DNA of 64,000 bases, taken from contig OZ024754.1 of NCBI GenBank assembly GCA_964016885.1, positions 16,988,001 through 17,052,000 of the forward strand. The letters run 5' to 3'. Under the pieces are notes generated by a model that was not told the origin of the DNA, did not search any database, and worked only from the letters and a program-made list of their open reading frames with translations. Both the position numbers and the translations under genes were made by a program. The DNA comes from Eledone cirrhosa. Taxonomy: Eukaryota. Below are positions 61,954 to 64,000 of this stretch, one piece after another. Every line of letters begins with the position of its first letter. Positions within the stretch are counted from its first letter, which is position 1.

Positions 61954-63852
61954 GTTGCAACCGGAAGAAGACAGGAAGACGATACTTTGGTTCGTGGAAA
62001 CGTTCACTGGCAAAGAACGGGAAAAAACGAATAATACGTCATTAATAGGAGCGGTGAAAAACAATTACGCGCAAAGACAGAACCACGTTTATGGTATAAT
62101 AGAGGTCGTAGACTAATGTTCTCTTAGGTGGGGCATAGAGACGTTCTCTGGCGATGAACGAAAAAAACGAAGATAATACGTCATATGTGGAGCGTGGAGA
62201 ACAATAGCACGCAAAGACAAAACCACGTAAATGGTATAGCAGAAGTCGTAGACTAAATTCTAACTAGGAGACCGAATGAATCTCCGCTACAGAGTTAAGA
62301 ACAAAGTAAATAAATACAATACAGAAGTAATAGAAATAAATAAATACATACACGCAAACAGAAACGTACATACACAAGCATACGCAAAAACTTACCATAG
62401 GTAAACAAAACCACGCACATATAAATATGTGTGTGTGTAAGCATGTATACAAATAAATAAATAATTATATAAACGTATATAAATAAATAAATACGTATAT
62501 AACAAGCGCACACACATACCTAAATGTAAATACACGAATGTTCAGAGACGTAAGTCAACCAAAACATGAGGTACACATATACACATATACACACGCCCTA
62601 CATACGTACGAACCTGCATACTCACACAGACGCAAAACTCCCGTATACACATAGCTGAACCATATGTACCAGAATATATAAAAAAATTATACGCCATAAC
62701 AATCAAATATTCGTCCGAGAAGGTATACATACCTTCACAAAACATACGGATAATATATACTTACCTATGCAAATAAGTAAAGGTATAAATAAAACATATA
62801 CTTAGCTTCCACATCGAGACGTAAAATATCCACGTATAGATCGTACTATCCGTTAGGGTATAACATGGGGCTGTAATACAGGAAAGTTTTGTGCAATTTA
62901 TGTTTACAAGCCGAAATTGCCTCAGATTTTTTGTTTAAGATGTGGTCTGTGGCGTAGAGTATTTCCAGGGCCTCAGCGGCGCAGAGGTCACATGGTCTTT
63001 TATTTCCATTATACGATCTAGCCCTCGCTAGAATCTCCCAGTGTAACTTATATTGGGTGTGGTTGTCTGTTAGACTCCAGATATAAGCTGAAAGTGACGT
63101 CATATTCCTTCTTAGAGGGTAACGAAAAGAATGGGTATGCATGTAAAGACGCTGCTTGAATCTATTGGCGGTTAACCCTATGTAGGCCCTACGGGACGTG
63201 GGTGTTACAACCTTACATTTGTAGACAATGTTACTAGAGAGGCATTTCCCGGATAGAGGGCTATCAACCCGATTCCTACAATTACAGTTAGTACTACCTA
63301 CAGGGTTGCACGTGTTCCTATGGCTAGGTAGTTTAGCTAAATTTGAAGCTGTGATGTTATGTGCAAGGTTAGGAGTCGTAGAGTAAGAAATTTTAATAGT
63401 ATTTCTATTAAAAATTTTACTATATTTATGTGTAGGGGGAAAATGCTTCGTAATAAGGGAAAGAAAGATCTTAGCTAATGATGTGGCCACCTCCATATTA
63501 TATGGTGGGTTATACCAACAAATGCGACGGGATCTATTTCTTCTAGTTCTATTTTCGTACTCTGTATATGCTACCTTATCGACAAATCCACTTCGAGCAA
63601 GAGCTTCATTGTAATAAGTGGAATGGTCGTTGAAAATGCGCTCGTTGGTGGAAAGACGGGAAAGCCTCAACGAAACGTTTCTTACCAGGTTCTTGGTTAT
63701 GCTGGCAGGATGGTTGGAATGCTTACTTATGTAATTAAGCGTATCATTCGGCTTTCTATACGGGTAATACAACCCATTCAATAAGTTGAGGGTAACATCG
63801 AGGTAATTAACGACCGAGAGATTGGCCTCAACCTGTATAGAGAGGTTGAAGC

Positions 63853-63853
<1 letters not shown>
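61952..63853 (-). mobile_element. Penelope-like element, 5'-truncated: RT thumb, linker and GIY-YIG endonuclease (open frame 62846 to about 63850) with downstream non-coding region
   Basis: VNYLDVTLNL..YYPYRKPN..SNHPASI..WYNPPYN..KIFNRNTIKISYS..CNCRNRVDSPLSGKCLSSNIVYKC..AYIGLTANRFKQR..CDLCAAE..LNKKSE. The 3' region includes a duplicated unit of about 125-140 bp (61997-62121 and 62138-62260). Confidence 0.92.
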
Positions 63854-63854
<1 letters not shown>

Positions 63855-63904
<50 letters not shown>

Positions 63905-64000
63905 TTATATATATATATATATATATATATAAGTACATATATATATATATATAAGTATATATATATATAAGTATATATATATATATAAGTATATATATAT
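63855..64000. repeat. (TA)n microsatellite
   Basis: Direct inspection. Confidence 0.95.

Overview
AT-rich, repeat-dense animal genomic DNA. It is probably an octopod cephalopod, judged from remembered SINE/RTE repeat content; this is an inference. The only host-gene coding sequence found is two + strand exons (27646-27725 and 29916-30081) encoding the N-terminus of a TRPM1/3-type cation channel. The rest is intronic or intergenic. It contains many RTE-clade LINE fragments (two long ones carry a PHD-like Cys/His finger inside ORF2), three Penelope-like element (PLE) ORF fragments, one decayed autonomous-type Helitron plus three non-autonomous Helitrons, tRNA-derived SINEs, a TTAA-specific piggyBac-type MITE family, and (TA)n, minisatellite and low-complexity tracts. 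The most striking unannotated signal is a dense set of hammerhead ribozyme motifs: about a dozen complete cores in at least four sequence families. Most sit in short non-coding head-to-head palindromes embedded in (TA)n arrays, several are sense-oriented inside the presumed TRPM intron, and one variant family is carried inside Helitrons. Nearly all ORFs in the supplied track that are rich in Y/I/V/C/M/H/T are microsatellite artefacts. All structures and alignments were read by eye, so boundaries of degenerate repeats are approximate.
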